A stretch of 64,000 nt of DNA from Pecten maximus (taxonomy: Eukaryota). A model generated the notes under the pieces. It saw only the letters and a program-made list of their open reading frames with translations. It made no database searches and had not been told where the DNA came from. The stretch is taken from the NCBI RefSeq assembly GCF_902652985.1, contig NC_047028.1:37386001-37450000 (forward strand), written 5' to 3'. The position numbers and the translations under genes were made by a program. Shown here piece by piece: positions 50,739 to 63,450 of the stretch (the first letter of the stretch is position 1; each line of letters begins with the position of its first letter).

Positions 50739-50854
50739 ATGGCACAGGGCCGGCCTATCAAATGTGTGGTCGTGGGCGATGGTACCGTTGGCAAAACCTG
50801 CATGCTCATCTCCTATACGACAGACAGTTTTCCCGGGGAATACGTCCCCACTGT
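50739..50854 (+). CDS. Mtl: Mtl-like GTPase coding exon 1
   Basis: [38 protein letters not shown]; donor GT|GTAAGT; the exon probably begins at 50627 after ttttgcag. Confidence 0.94.
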
Positions 50855-51469
50855 GTAAGTTTATCGCACCCAGCAGCTTGTAAGACACACACAGATGCAG
50901 TAGTATATATACACTATATGTTTGTCTTTCCATGTTTTTTTGACAAACTTTCAAAAAAATAATAGAAACCACTGGTTTCTGATAAACTCTGAGCCGCTCT
51001 GTAACCCGAATCTTGTGATGTCAGGAGTTTGTTCTCAAGTCTGCGATGTTGATATGGTAGTGTTATTATTTTACTGGAATTAAGTAGGAAAATTGGCTAG
51101 CTAGACATAAAACAGTGCTGTAATTCAAGTTGTCTCAACTTCTTAAAATATTCTTTTCATCATTTAAAACTATAACTATCAAGTGTTGAGCACTGGTAAT
51201 AAGGCGGCCTTCAATGTATTCACTACGGTGTTCAGTGCTGCTACAATCCTCACAGACTTGTGTTTGCCAAGCAAATACTGCCTGATGTTTGTTGTAATTA
51301 CAACGATTACACAAATGGCTGCTGCTGCAAAATTTAAAGCAGTTTAGAATATTTTGCCCTTTCAGTACTATAACTTCTTTGATAAAAAAAAAAGAGATAG
51401 AGAGAATGTTTTACCCCAATTGCAGTCTGATTTTAGGGATCCTAAGTTGATGTGGTACAATGTTACAGG

Positions 51470-52152
51470 CATACAAAGGTGAATGGTTTATTTTAGAAAT
51501 CCTCAGTTGCCATGGTTACAGGTATAGGAGGGTGAATGGTTTATTTTAGAGATCCTCAGTTGCCATGGTTACAGGTATTAAGGAAGGTGAATGGTTTATT
51601 TTAAAGATCCTCAGTTGCCATGGTTACAGGTATAGGAAGGTGAATGGTTTATTTTAGAGATCTTCAGTTGCCATGGTTACAGGTATATGAAGGTGAATGG
51701 TTTATTTTAGAGGTCCTCAGTTGCCATGGTTACAGGTATAGGAAGGTGAATGGTTTATTTTAGAGGTCCTCAGTTGCCATGGTTACAGGTATAGGAAGGT
51801 TAATGGCTCATGTTAGAGGTATTCAGTTAATTCATTTAACCAGTTGATAGCTGCAATGTAAAGTGACTAAATTGATTACCTCTGTACTATTGCAGGGTCA
51901 AATGGGATCGCAGGTAGGTCAAGGGTCATATGCCAGGGGTATTAAAGATAGGTCAAAAGGGTCATATATATTAAAGACAAAGATAATCAGTATTTAAGAT
52001 TTGTCAAAGGAGTCATTGGTATTAAAGATAGGTCAAAGGTCATAGGTATTAAAGATAGGTCAAGGGTCATAGGTATTAAAGATAGGTCAAAGGAGTCATA
52101 GATATTAAAGATGGGTCAAAGGTATTAAAGATAGGTCAAAGGTCATAGGTAA
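51470..52152. repeat. About 54-bp array followed by an about 27-bp degenerate array (Mtl intron)
   Basis: GGTGAATGGTTTATTTTAGAG.TCCTCAGTTGCCATGGTTACAGGTATAGGAA; GGTATTAAAGATAGGTCAAAGGTCATA. Confidence 0.85.
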
Positions 52153-53617
52153 TTAAAATGTTAAGGAATCTTTTCCTTCAGTTTTTGGAAGATCTATCAA
52201 TAAGATCATGGTATTCAGCCCACTGTTATTTGTATCATGGTGTGAAAAAACAAAGTTTCCTCATGGTTATGACCTTCATTTTTTATACTTTCAAGGTCAT
52301 AGAGTGAAATTTTGTTGACAATATTCAAGAATTTTATGATGGATTTAAAGATTCCATTATGCATGCTATCAGAAAACTCTTCGGCAGCAAATCAGGATTT
52401 TCCAGGGTTGCAGAGTTCTTCCTGTATCAAGCTGGCTATATATAAGCATGTACATGTACCACCAATTAGCTGTTAAACAGGATTTAAAAAAAAATGTTAT
52501 TCTATATCATCTGACTTGAAATCTTCTGAAACATTTCTTTCCTTCAGTTGGTAGCATTTCCTCCATGTTCAGTGTAGTTAAATGGACAAGTTCAACTTTT
52601 ATGTGAAGTTTTCTAAAAATCAATAAGCTCTGTGCATTTGGAAGATGGTATTATGAAGGAGTCATGCACAGAACGCATTATTTACACCTTAAATGGCAGT
52701 ATAGATGCATCTTTTCGTAGTTTTTATACTATAATATCTTGTGGAATATGTTTGAGGCCAAGGCTTGGGGTTTCTATCCAGAATTTAAATGAGTTATTTT
52801 CTTAAACTACTGAAATCTTATAAATTTGGAGTAAGGTGTCAGTTAGATTTTATGGTGGGAAATGTTACTAGTTCAAAAAAGTAGATTTGATAATATGATG
52901 AATTGACAATATAAATTTCCTTGGTGGTGTTGAAAAGTCCCTCACCAACTCTACTACGGCAGAGAAAATAGAAAATCCTAGTTACAAACAGTGATCAATA
53001 TTGGAGGTGCATAAATGGTGGGCTGATAACTAAAAATGATTGAAAAATTATAAAAAAAAAAATAAAAAAATATTGGTGATGATTTTGAAGTGGCAATTAA
53101 TTGGAAATTTCTGAAAGTGTTCTTAATTATTTGTATTCGCATATTTTTGTAGTGTCACCAAAACAAGAGGAAGGCGATCTTATATTTAACCAATATATTC
53201 ATTGGTCTTTTTACAAGTGATAAAGTTGGTTTAGATATATCAACAACCGTTAAATTCTTTGTTTGTGTACAGTATTAAAAATATTGATAGCAAAAGGCTA
53301 AGACTTGAAATGAATATACATTTGTACTTAGATGTACATAAATTTTCTACAAAAGGGCAATTCTGTGCTAAATTTGTGCATAACTATATATATATCTTAA
53401 ACTTTCAGTCAATGTTAACTTTGTGACAGTCCAGAGAAATATTTTAGTTTTACAAAAGGAACAATTTACAGGCCCTATATTCCTCTTTGTTCAGAATAAA
53501 CTGTACTCTGTAATGATGTAAACATAATGGTAAGTGTCGGATGTAGAAATCTAACACTCATGTCATTATTTAGTCGTATATAAATGTTTTAATCAACTTA
53601 TTAAATTGTATTTACAG

Positions 53618-53732
53618 GTTTGATAACTACACAGCCAATATGATGGTAGATGGTGTCCCAGTCAGTCTGGGGCTGTGGGATACGGCTGGTCAAGAAGATT
53701 ATGATAGACTTCGACCACTTTCATATCCACAG
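53618..53732 (+). CDS. Mtl: Mtl-like GTPase coding exon 2
   Basis: (V)[38 protein letters not shown]; CAG|GTATGT donor. Confidence 0.95.
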
Positions 53733-55013
53733 GTATGTAAATTACATATTACCGACAGTTGTGTATATTACATGTCACCCACAGGTGTATATATTACATG
53801 TCACCCACAGGTGTGTATATCACGTGTCACAGGTGTGTATATTACATGTCACAGGTGTGTATATTACATGTCACCCACAGGTGTGTATATTACATGTCAC
53901 AGGTGTGTATATCACGTGTCACAGGTGTGTATATTACATATCACCCAAAGGTGTGTATATTACATGTCACCCACAGGTGTGTATATTACATGTCACCCAC
54001 AGGTGTGTATATTACATGTCACCGGTGTGTATATTACATGTCACCCATAGGTGTGTATATTACATGTCACCCACAGGTGTGTATATTACATGTCATAGGT
54101 GTGTATATTACATGTCACCCACAGGTGTGTATATTACATGTCATAGGTGTGTATATTACATGTCACCCACAGGTGTGTATATTACATGTCACCCACAGGT
54201 GTGTATATTACATGTCACCCATAGGTGTGTATATTACATGTCACCCACAGGTGTGTATATTACATGTCATAGGTGTGTATATTACATGTCACCCACAGGT
54301 GTGTATATTACATGTCACAGGTGTGTATATTACATGTCACAGGTGTGTATATTACATGTCAACCACAGGTGTGTATATTACATGTCACAGGTGTGTATAT
54401 TACATGTCACAGGTGTGTATATTACATGTCAACCACAGGTGTGTATATTACATATCACCCAAAGGTGTGTATATTACATGTCACCCACAGGTGTGTATAT
54501 TACATATCACCCAAAGGTGTGTATATTACATGTCACCCACAGGTGTGTATATTACATGTCACAGGTGTGTATATTACATGTCACAGGTGTGTATATTACA
54601 TGTCAACCACAGGTGTGTATATTACATGTCACAGGTGTGTATATTACATGTCACAGGTGTGTATATTACATGTCAACCACAGGTGTGTATATTACATATC
54701 ACCCAAAGGTGTGTATATTACATGTCACAGGTGTGTATATTACATGTCACAGGTGTGTATATTACATGTCACCCACAGGTGTGTATATTACATGTTACCC
54801 ACAGGTGTGCATATTACATGTCACCCACAGGTGTGTATATTACATGTCACCCACAGGTGTGTATATTACATGTCACCTACAGGTGTGTATATTACATGTC
54901 ACCTACAGGTGTGTATATTACATGTCACAGGTTTGTATATTACATGTCACCCACAGGTATGTGTATATTACATGTCACCCACAGGTGTGTATATTACATG
55001 TCAATTACAGGTG
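53727..55013. repeat. 22/26-bp array (about 50 copies) starting at the Mtl exon 2 donor
   Basis: ACAG|GTGTGTATATTACATGTC(ACCC). Confidence 0.95.
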
Positions 55014-55095
55014 TTTTTACATTTTATGTATTTTTGCATATCAGATCTGAGGAGTTTGAAGTTGTTCAGTTCTTTCTTCATTATTCGTCTTTCAG

Positions 55096-55213
55096 ACGGA
55101 TGTATTCCTGATATGCTTCAGCGTTGTGAGTCCCTCGTCCTACGAAAATGTGACGACGAAATGGAACCCGGAGGTCAAGCATCATTGTCCTGATGCTCCT
55201 GTACTTTTAGTCG
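55096..55213 (+). CDS. Mtl: Mtl-like GTPase coding exon 3
   Basis: [39 protein letters not shown]. Confidence 0.95.
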
Positions 55214-55508
55214 GTAATGTGTCATAAGATTGATGGGACGGCTGAATAACAAATCTGATTTGTATCCAAACACCTCCTGTGTTTTCCCTCCCCTTCATCC
55301 CCTCACAAAAAAGTCAGGGAGGGGATATACCATTCTAATTTCATGTAATTTGTACACACATACATTTTTGGCCACCTTTTGTGAATATTCTGACAATTTC
55401 CAATTTTAATGTATTTTGATCAAACTTGAACAAATGTATGTTTCTGGTTGCCAAGGTCAAGGACAAGCTCACTGAAGCTCTTTGTAGAAAATCATTATTA
55501 GCGCTCTG

Positions 55509-55737
55509 GGCCCAGTTTTTCAAAAGGTGATTAGGCTAATCACAGTTTAATAACATTTTTCAAATCCTGATATAATAATTTCTGGTAGAACTTACTTGAC
55601 AAAACTTTATGAAATTCTGTAATTCTTAGTTCTCTTCCGACTGGTATAATTTCAACGCACAGGTTTTTTCAACAAATGAGAAATGAAATTTCCACTAATC
55701 AAGTGATTAAGCTAATCACCTTTTGAACAACTGGGCC
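55509..55737. mobile_element. PIF/Harbinger-like MITE
   Basis: GGCCCAGTT.TTCAAAAGGTGATTAG TIRs; 3-bp TSD CTG. Confidence 0.8.
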
Positions 55738-55989
55738 CTGGTGACTTCATATTTAAATATATTTTAATCAAACATCATATATAAGTCATGTATGAGAATA
55801 CTGAGTTTGTGTTTCAGGGTGTCACAGTTTCATCATTTACATACAATGTTAAATCAGTGAAAGTAATCTTTCTATATTAATGGTTATACAGTTTAATGAT
55901 CAAATTATAATTATAAAAGATATATTTTGTAGTCCTGAGGCTGAATGTGTTCCTTTCAGTGTTATATGACAATTTGTCTCCCTTCCTAG

Positions 55990-56150
55990 GTACAAAAATA
56001 GATCTTCGAGAAAACAAGGACGCCATTGGACAGCTGGCATCTCAGGGTTTACAGCCTGTGAAACGGGAACATGGCATCAAACTCGCCAACAAAATCCACG
56101 CTGTCAAGTACATGGAATGCTCAGCTCTTACACAACGTGGATTAAAACAG
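55990..56150 (+). CDS. Mtl: Mtl-like GTPase coding exon 4
   Basis: (G)TKIDLRENK...KYMECSALTQRGLKQ. Confidence 0.95.
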
Positions 56151-56768
56151 GTCTGTATCTACATAGGCCCGAAATTTGACAAACTAACAAAGTACTGATG
56201 TACTGATGATTCACTGATTTCTCCCTATTTAGCTGTACAAGATTTCGGATGTATTTTAAACACATGTAAAATAATGTTTTGTTGAGACATAATTTAAGTT
56301 GGATTGACTATTTGATTTGGTTGACTGGTAATCTGAGAAAATGTACCTCAGTAATGCAAGGGAGATAACTGGGATAATTTCTGAAAATAGGAAATAATCT
56401 GAAAGGCATGAGATAAATGAGAGATGTTTGTTATGATTGACAGGTAATTGATGAAGCGTGAAATGAGAGATGTTTGTTATGATTGACAGGTATTCAATGA
56501 AGCATGGAATGAGAGATGGTTGTTGATAATGATTGACAGGTATTCAATGAAGCGTGGAATAAGTGAGGTTTGTTGATAATGATTGACAGGTATTCAATGA
56601 AGGGTGAAATGAGTGAGGTTTGTTTATTATGATTGACAGGTAATCGATGAAGTGTGAAATAAGAGATGTTAGTTGATAATGATTGACAGGTCTTTGATAA
56701 AGCGTGAAATGAGTGAGGTTTGTTTATTATAATTGACAGGTATTCAATGAAGTGTGAAATGAGAGATG

Positions 56769-58991
56769 CATACATGCCATACTTCCCGGCGTGAGACAAA
56801 ATCTCCCTTATTTTCAAGTCATTTATTTCCTCCCGGGAGGAGAGCCCAAATTCCCGTATTTTGTAATTCCCTCCGGTATTTTTTCCGACGCCATTTTTGT
56901 TTACACTTCAGTAGTCTTTCTTGCGAGATTTAATGAGATTTGGCTAAATTTAGCGATCACGTGATCTATCTGTTCACTTGATCACTCAATCAAAATGGCG
57001 CCTGTTGGAAACGGCTTTCACACGAAGCTCTGGCTAGCTGTGTAATGTTTGCGCTAGAATATCTATCACCATGAAATAAAGGCAAGTCGCTTACAAACAA
57101 CTTTAACCCTCTTTGCTAACAGACTTGAATTATTGTTGTTTTCTTTTAGGACCATACTTTGATGATGGTGATTGATACAGAGCCTGGTCAGACGCAAAAT
57201 CACACGTGTTTTTCATATAACATGTGTATCGTTGATCAGTGGTAGCAAGATGAAATCCGATATTTTCTTTTCGAAAACTATCAAAATTAGCACATCTGTT
57301 GGTCGTAGTGGTCAATCATGATGTTTACAATGACTGTACCGTCCATGACAGAGACAATATAAATGTACATACATAATCTAGAATGATCGTGATAAGATTT
57401 ACTGCAGTCTCCTAACATGAACATCTTCAGTTCTCATGACTTCATGTATACACTTGCACACTTGGAATATTTTTATATCTAAATGGTCCAACATAAGGGA
57501 TCCTACAGGACATTTCATGGTGATTTTTACAATTGATGTGTTCCCTCAGAGTGGATCAAGCTTTCTAATCTTAAGAAAATCCAAACTGATAAATGATTAA
57601 CTTGCTTGTCTTAATCTTTAGCTACATGTAATTATAATATACCCTTTTCAAATGCTATTATGTAATATGCATAAAGCTGTGAAACTTTTTATGTTACATA
57701 AAAAAATCAAAAAATAATTTCATATCATCATAATCTGAATGTATACTTAATTATAGCATTTTTTACCTTATACAACTTTTTGTTGTTTGCATATACAATA
57801 TGATTAATATCCAAAATGAATATACAGTGGAACCTCTATAAACCGAACATGCATGGGACATGACTATTTGTTCGGTTTATAGAGGGTTCGGTTTGGAGAA
57901 GTTGATCGAAAAATGACCGGTCAAATTCCGGATATAATTGGTTGGACGATGTTTTATTAGAATGCACCCGATTCCAAAACGGCACGTACATACTTAGACA
58001 ATTTGGATTGTCTGAATAATATGCATATTATGAAAGTTAATCAATGTTTATATTGCAGAATATATAAGAAAGGCAAATGACTATAACAATAGTTTTAAAC
58101 AGTATTTTCACATGTACAACTACACTTTACGATCGGCCTACATTTTGTTACATCCGGTGAAGCCTCGTCATGTGGATGGGGCCAATAGTCCGATACAGAA
58201 TATTTTACACATCAAATAATATTAAAGGGTGTGAAGATGTTTTGTTTCAATATCAATTACAATTGATCAGATGATACTGGTCGTATTTCCGACATCGCTG
58301 TTGTCTAAAAAAAACATCACGGGCTTCTTTACGAAAACAACCCCTTTTGGGCCTCATTTAAATTAAATGCGAAACTCAGGCTTCTAGCTCTACTTGCATT
58401 GAGAAGATAAACGAACCGACGCGCTTCAATGAAGTGTGGCATTGTTTCATAATTGTCGTGTTGATTATACACTAGGCCTTCCGTCATAATGCCCCCTTGG
58501 GGTATATATTGGATACCTGTACAAATCACCTACGTAGGTCCCGAGACAATAAGGCTTCACACAATACCCGTCACAGTTGTTGTTTCACGGTTGACTGGCC
58601 TGACCTCGTGTCATAATCGCCCAGGTAAGGCCGGTTTTCAGAAGTAATTTTTGGTATATTTTAACAGGAACCGGACACAAAATCAGTCCGGTGTTCGGAA
58701 TTCAGAGGGATCGGTATTTGGAAGTTTTTTAATACTATAATAAAGAAGGACCAATTCCGTACAATGACAATTCGTTCGGTATTCAGAGGTGTTCGGTTTT
58801 TAGAAGGTTCGGTTTTCGGAAGTTGCACTGTATAAATATTCTTTATCACTCTCAAAATCAGTTGATTGCTTTAAAATTGAGTAAAAATGTCGATATTCAT
58901 TTCGCGCACAAATCTCCCTTATTTTAGGCAAAGCTCCCTTAAAATAATCATCAATCTCCCTTATTGGTCTCCTGAAAGTATGGCATGTATG
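56769..58991. mobile_element. 2.2-kb non-autonomous DNA element, 6-bp TSD
   Basis: TIR CATACATGCCATACTT/AAGTATGGCATGTATG; TSD GAGATG; subterminal TCTCCCTTA repeats. Confidence 0.82.
57825..58830. mobile_element. pogo/Tigger-like MITE nested in the 56769 element
   Basis: TA|CAGTGGAACCTCT...AAACCGAAC and GTTCGGTTTT...GTTGCACTG|TA. Confidence 0.8.
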
Positions 58992-59117
58992 GAGATGTTA
59001 GTTGATAATGATTGACAGGTATTCGATGAAGTATGAAATAAGTGAGGTTTGTTGTTATGATTGACAGGTATTCGCTGAAGTGTGAAATAAGTAATGTTTA
59101 TTTATCATGATTGACAG

Positions 59118-59195
59118 GTATTTGATGAAGCGTGCCGAGCTGTCCTACAACCTCAACCAATTAGAACGAAAAATCACAAGTGTGTTCTTCTCTGA
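59118..59195 (+). CDS. Mtl: Mtl-like GTPase last coding exon (CAAX)
   Basis: VFDEACRAVLQPQPIRTKNHKCVLL*. Confidence 0.94.
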   Translation, partial: VFDEACRAVLQPQPIRTKNHKCVLL

Positions 59196-61794
59196 TAGGT
59201 GGACTTATAAACTCTAGCCATGTGACTTATTGTGGCCATTTTAAAACTCATCATTACCAGCTGGACCTTACTCTGTTTATCATACATACTCTCAGTGTAA
59301 CATGGATCTATTCTATTCGTGAGTGGCCATTCAGTTTGTATTTGTGGTGACAACAGCGTTTTCTGTGGATCGCTTCATGGACGGTACGGACAGGGGGGAT
59401 AATCCTGAGACACAGTGGATCCAATGTTTTTTCTGAGGGTCGCTTAATTGAACAAGTTACAAAGGCCAGAGTGCCTGGGATGTCTTCAGAAAGAAAATTT
59501 TTGATTTGAAGTTTTGTGAAAAAAAGTTCCTGCCTTCCTAATGTCTTTAAAATAGATAATGTTATCAGTTCCATTCGGAAATGTTTTATACAGAAAGAAA
59601 AAAAGATGATTGAAAATGATAATTTCAATTTGGTTACATGTTTTTTTCCAGCAGTTTAAAGTTCAAAGACAAAAAATTTTAAACAAAGAAAATGATTTTT
59701 TTTCCACTATGGAGCGGTATAATGCAGAAACAAATTTATTAGAATTCTTTATAAGCTGATGAGGATCGAAAGGCAGAAGCAGATTTGTCGATTAAGTGGA
59801 ACTTTGAAACTCCCTCTGGTGAATGATGCTGAAACAAGAAGTGTATTGACTGTGCAAGCAAGTGCAGAGTATATTGACTGGATTGGAACGTAGTGTCTTA
59901 AAAATGATGAAAAGATGTGTTCATTATATGAACGATGAAGAAGAAACCAAGTTAATGCCATATATATCTAGAATGAGTGGATATTTATATACATTTCATG
60001 TCTACAGATCTACGGAATCTGTTTGGTATAAACACCTGTGTGAATGACTAACTATCAAAGCAATTTTACCTGTCAACTGTGATGTAACTTATCAACTTTG
60101 TTTCGTGGATTTAGTCAACATTTATAATCAGAAAAATTCTTAATATCATCGTCATGCTGTTTCTGTTGTACTAGCTAACCAACAGATTTGATTTCTGCAA
60201 ATTTTTGCCCAAATGAGAAAGTTGGTATTTGCATTAAGATAAAGAAAAGATAAGGCTGGGATGAAGGCAACCCTTGCATCTTAGTAGCCCTAGTCATCCA
60301 TTTGACACCTTATCATTTGCCCAGAATTTTTTACAACATATTTCATCGAGATGTTTTATGTTTTAAGCAATCTTGTTGTAGCTGACATGAAGAGTTGGTG
60401 TATCAAGGACTGTGTCACAGTTTGTTAAATACAGTGTCCAGGGAATCGAGATCAGGGGATTGTAGAATCGAGTCAAAGGGAGTAAATATATATACATTGT
60501 ATACCTAATCTGAAAGGTTACTCCTAATACAAGTAGTGAAAATCTATTCAAATTCAAACATTTTAAATTTTATGGTCAATAATTTAAAGGAAACTATGAA
60601 AATTCTAGAATCTACATGGAAATTTTAAAGGAGTTTTATAAAAAAAAATTCTGTTGGTAATTATAAGAATATCAAATCTTTATTAATTGTCTACTGAATT
60701 TGATAATGTGAAATCTTACAGATGTTTAAGATGAAACAGACTTTTGCCCCAGTCATGATTTTGATAACAATGTTCCATGCTGTGTGATTGTAGGATATGC
60801 TTTCTACAGGAAAAGTTTGTATGCACAGTAATGTTTAGCTTGCATAACATTTACAATCAATTCATCCTAAATATCTGATTATCAATATAATTGTATTAAA
60901 CGAATCTCAATAATATAATGTTATACATATATATACAGTATTTCCTGTAAAGGGGACAATTTGCTCTGGCTATATTTGTGCAGTGAAAAACAGCAAGTTG
61001 GCTGTCATACTAAATATCAATGTCTGAAAAGATGAGTCATCAACAATATGTGGTTTACATATTATTAGTCTTTTTTTTTATTGGAATTAAAACTTTTGAT
61101 ATATTTTCCTCTTTCCTTTTGTATATTAACTTATGATAACAACAGTTGAGGAGTATAACAGATATACCGACTGTATTTTTTGTATGTCTTTGTGAGAATG
61201 TGAGTTCACTTATTCATGCTTTTCGCTTGTGAACTTTCTCGTGTGAAAGTACTTCCCTGGAGAAATCCGGAGAAAAGAGTTCTGTGAGGAGAACATTGTA
61301 CAGCAGGGCTGGTGTTCTGAGATTCACCAACTGTTGTTTTAGGGTCGGCGAACAAGCGTTCATCCCGACGGGTCTATCGCGTCCATAAGTACATTTTTCT
61401 TGTTGATAGTATTACAAAGTAAAACTTTTTTGTTTGTCCATTTTTAACTCCATGATTTGAATTTTTCTCTTCACGATTTTTTGCGTATTTAAGAGCTGTT
61501 CCTTACGAGAAGATAGAACAAAGGTATCTGTTTTTAATATTATTGTTTTCTCTATTATTAATAATTTGATTAATGATAATTAAAGATCAGTTTAGTCACT
61601 TACACGGGATGTATGTATCGTCGATATATTTCTGAATTTTTTTACAACAATTTGTTTTTTTTCTAGAAGGAGAAATATTATTCCAAGACATCAATTCTTT
61701 GTGTAGATAAAGTCAATTTGAAAATCGGAGAGAAAACAATTTATGTTTTAGGTGTGTAGGAAATAACTCTTAAATATGAAAATATTAAGTTGTG

Positions 61795-62340
61795 AGGCTG
61801 GGGTGTGTCCATGTCCGTGTGGCCCCGCCCTGAGGGGGTTTGTTCATGTCTGTGTGGCCCCGCCCTGCTGAGGATGTGTCCATGTCTGTGTGGCCCCGCT
61901 CTGCTGAGGATGTGTCCATGTCTGTGTGGCCCCACCTTGCAGGGGTGTCTCCATATCTGTGCGGCCTAGCCCTGGGTGTTGTGTCAATGTCTGTATGGCC
62001 CCTCCCTAATGGAATATGTCCATGTCTGTATGGCCCCGCCTTGCAGGGGTGTGTCCATGTCTGTGTGGCCCCACCCTGCTGAGGATGTGTCCATGTCTGT
62101 GTGGCCCCACCTTGCAAGGGTGTGTCCATATCTGTGTGGCCCCACCTTGCAGGGGTGTGTCCATATCTGTGTGGGCTAGCCCTGGGTGTTGTGTCCATGT
62201 CTGTGTGGCCCTTCCCTAATGGGATATGTCCATGTGTGTATGGCCCCTCCCCCCTTGCAGGGGTTTATCCATATCTGTGTGACCCCCACCCGGTTGTGGT
62301 GTGTCCATGTCTGTGGCCCCACCCTATGGTCCCGCCACAG
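61795..62340. repeat. GC-rich degenerate about 37-bp tandem repeat
   Basis: TGTGTCCATGTCTGTGTGGCCCCRCC units. Confidence 0.88.
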
Positions 62341-62431
62341 CCCCCTGGTTGTGACCTATATACATTTTTCCAGTGGAGTGTTATGAGATTGAATATCGGG
62401 TCTGACTTCTATCAATAGAGAATGACAAGGT

Positions 62432-62786
62432 TTTGGTTGGTGTCAGACTGACTTCAGTAATTGACTATTTTTTGGGTGGTGTTAATCTGACGTCGGAAGA
62501 GAAGGACTATTTTTTGGATGGTGTTAATCTGACGTCAGAAGAGAAGGACTATTTTTTGGGTGGTGTTAATCTGACGTCAGAAGAGAACGACTATTTTTTG
62601 GGTGGTGTTAATCTGACGTCAGTAGAGAACGACTATTTTTTGGGTGGTGTTAATCTGACGTCAGTAGAGAACGACTATTTTTTGGGTAGTGTTAATCTGA
62701 CGTCAGTAGAGAAGGACTATTTTTTGGGTAGTGTTAATCTGACGTCAGAAGAGAACGACTATTTTTTGGTGGTGTTAGACTGACTT
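62432..62786. repeat. 42-bp tandem repeat (about 8 copies)
   Basis: GACTATTTTTTGGGTGGTGTTAATCTGACGTCAGWAGAGAAS. Confidence 0.9.
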
Positions 62787-62970
62787 TAGTCGGGAAGGCA
62801 GTATCAGGATAATGTTGGATTGTATGATATATATGATTTAATCCTTTAGTAATACTAGTAATCCATGTATATCCTAGCCATGCACGTAATTCCATATCGC
62901 TAGATTTAGTAGAAACATCACAGGGTTGCTCTCAACATTATGTGTCCTGTTAATATCATTGATAGGGTCA

Positions 62971-63450
62971 TGTCATCACATTGTGTGTAGTGACCTTCAG
63001 TGACACTGTTTGTCATCACTTTGTGTGTAGTGAACTTCAGTGACACTGTTTGTCATCACATTGTGTGTAGTGACCTTCAGTGACACTGATTGTCATCACA
63101 TTGTCTGTAGTGACCTTCAGTGACACTAATTGTCATCACATTGTGTGTAGTGACCTTCAGTAACACTGTTTGTCATCACATTGTGTGTAGTGACCTTCAG
63201 TGACACTGATTGTCATCACATTGTCTGTAGTGACCTTCAGTGACACTAATTGTCATCACATTGTGTGTAGTGACCTTCAGTGACACTGTTTGTCATCACA
63301 TCGTGTGTAGTGACCTTCAGTGACACTGTTTGTCATCACATCGTGTGTAGTGACCTTCAGTAACACTGTTTGTCATCACATCGTGTGTAGTGACCTTCAG
63401 TGACACTGTTTGTCATCACATCGTGTGTAGTGACCTTCAGTGACACTGGT
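62971..63450. repeat. 40-bp tandem repeat (12 copies)
   Basis: TGTCATCACATTGTGTGTAGTGACCTTCAGTGACACTGTT. Confidence 0.94.

Larger units (their letters stand above)
56410..59131. repeat. About 50-bp array of the Mtl last-exon acceptor, split by a transposon
   Basis: ATGATTGACAG|GTATTCAATGAAGYGTGAAAT...; 7 copies before the 56769-58991 insertion and 3 after it, the last being the real exon start. Confidence 0.9.
50739..59195 (+). other. Mtl: Gene span: Mtl/Mig-2-like Rho-family small GTPase (Rac/RhoG-related), 195 aa
   Basis: Exons 50739-50854, 53618-53732, 55096-55213, 55990-56150 and 59118-59195 total 588 nt. Motifs: [85 protein letters not shown] is typical of the Mtl/Mig-2 subfamily. Confidence 0.93.

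Noticed and set aside
50592-50972. 126-aa minus-strand and 113-aa plus-strand ORFs
   Set aside because: Shadow frames overlapping Mtl coding exon 1.
53650-55193. 466, 450 and 306-aa ORFs
   Set aside because: Intronic minisatellite translations; only 53618-53732 and 55096-55213 are real Mtl exons.
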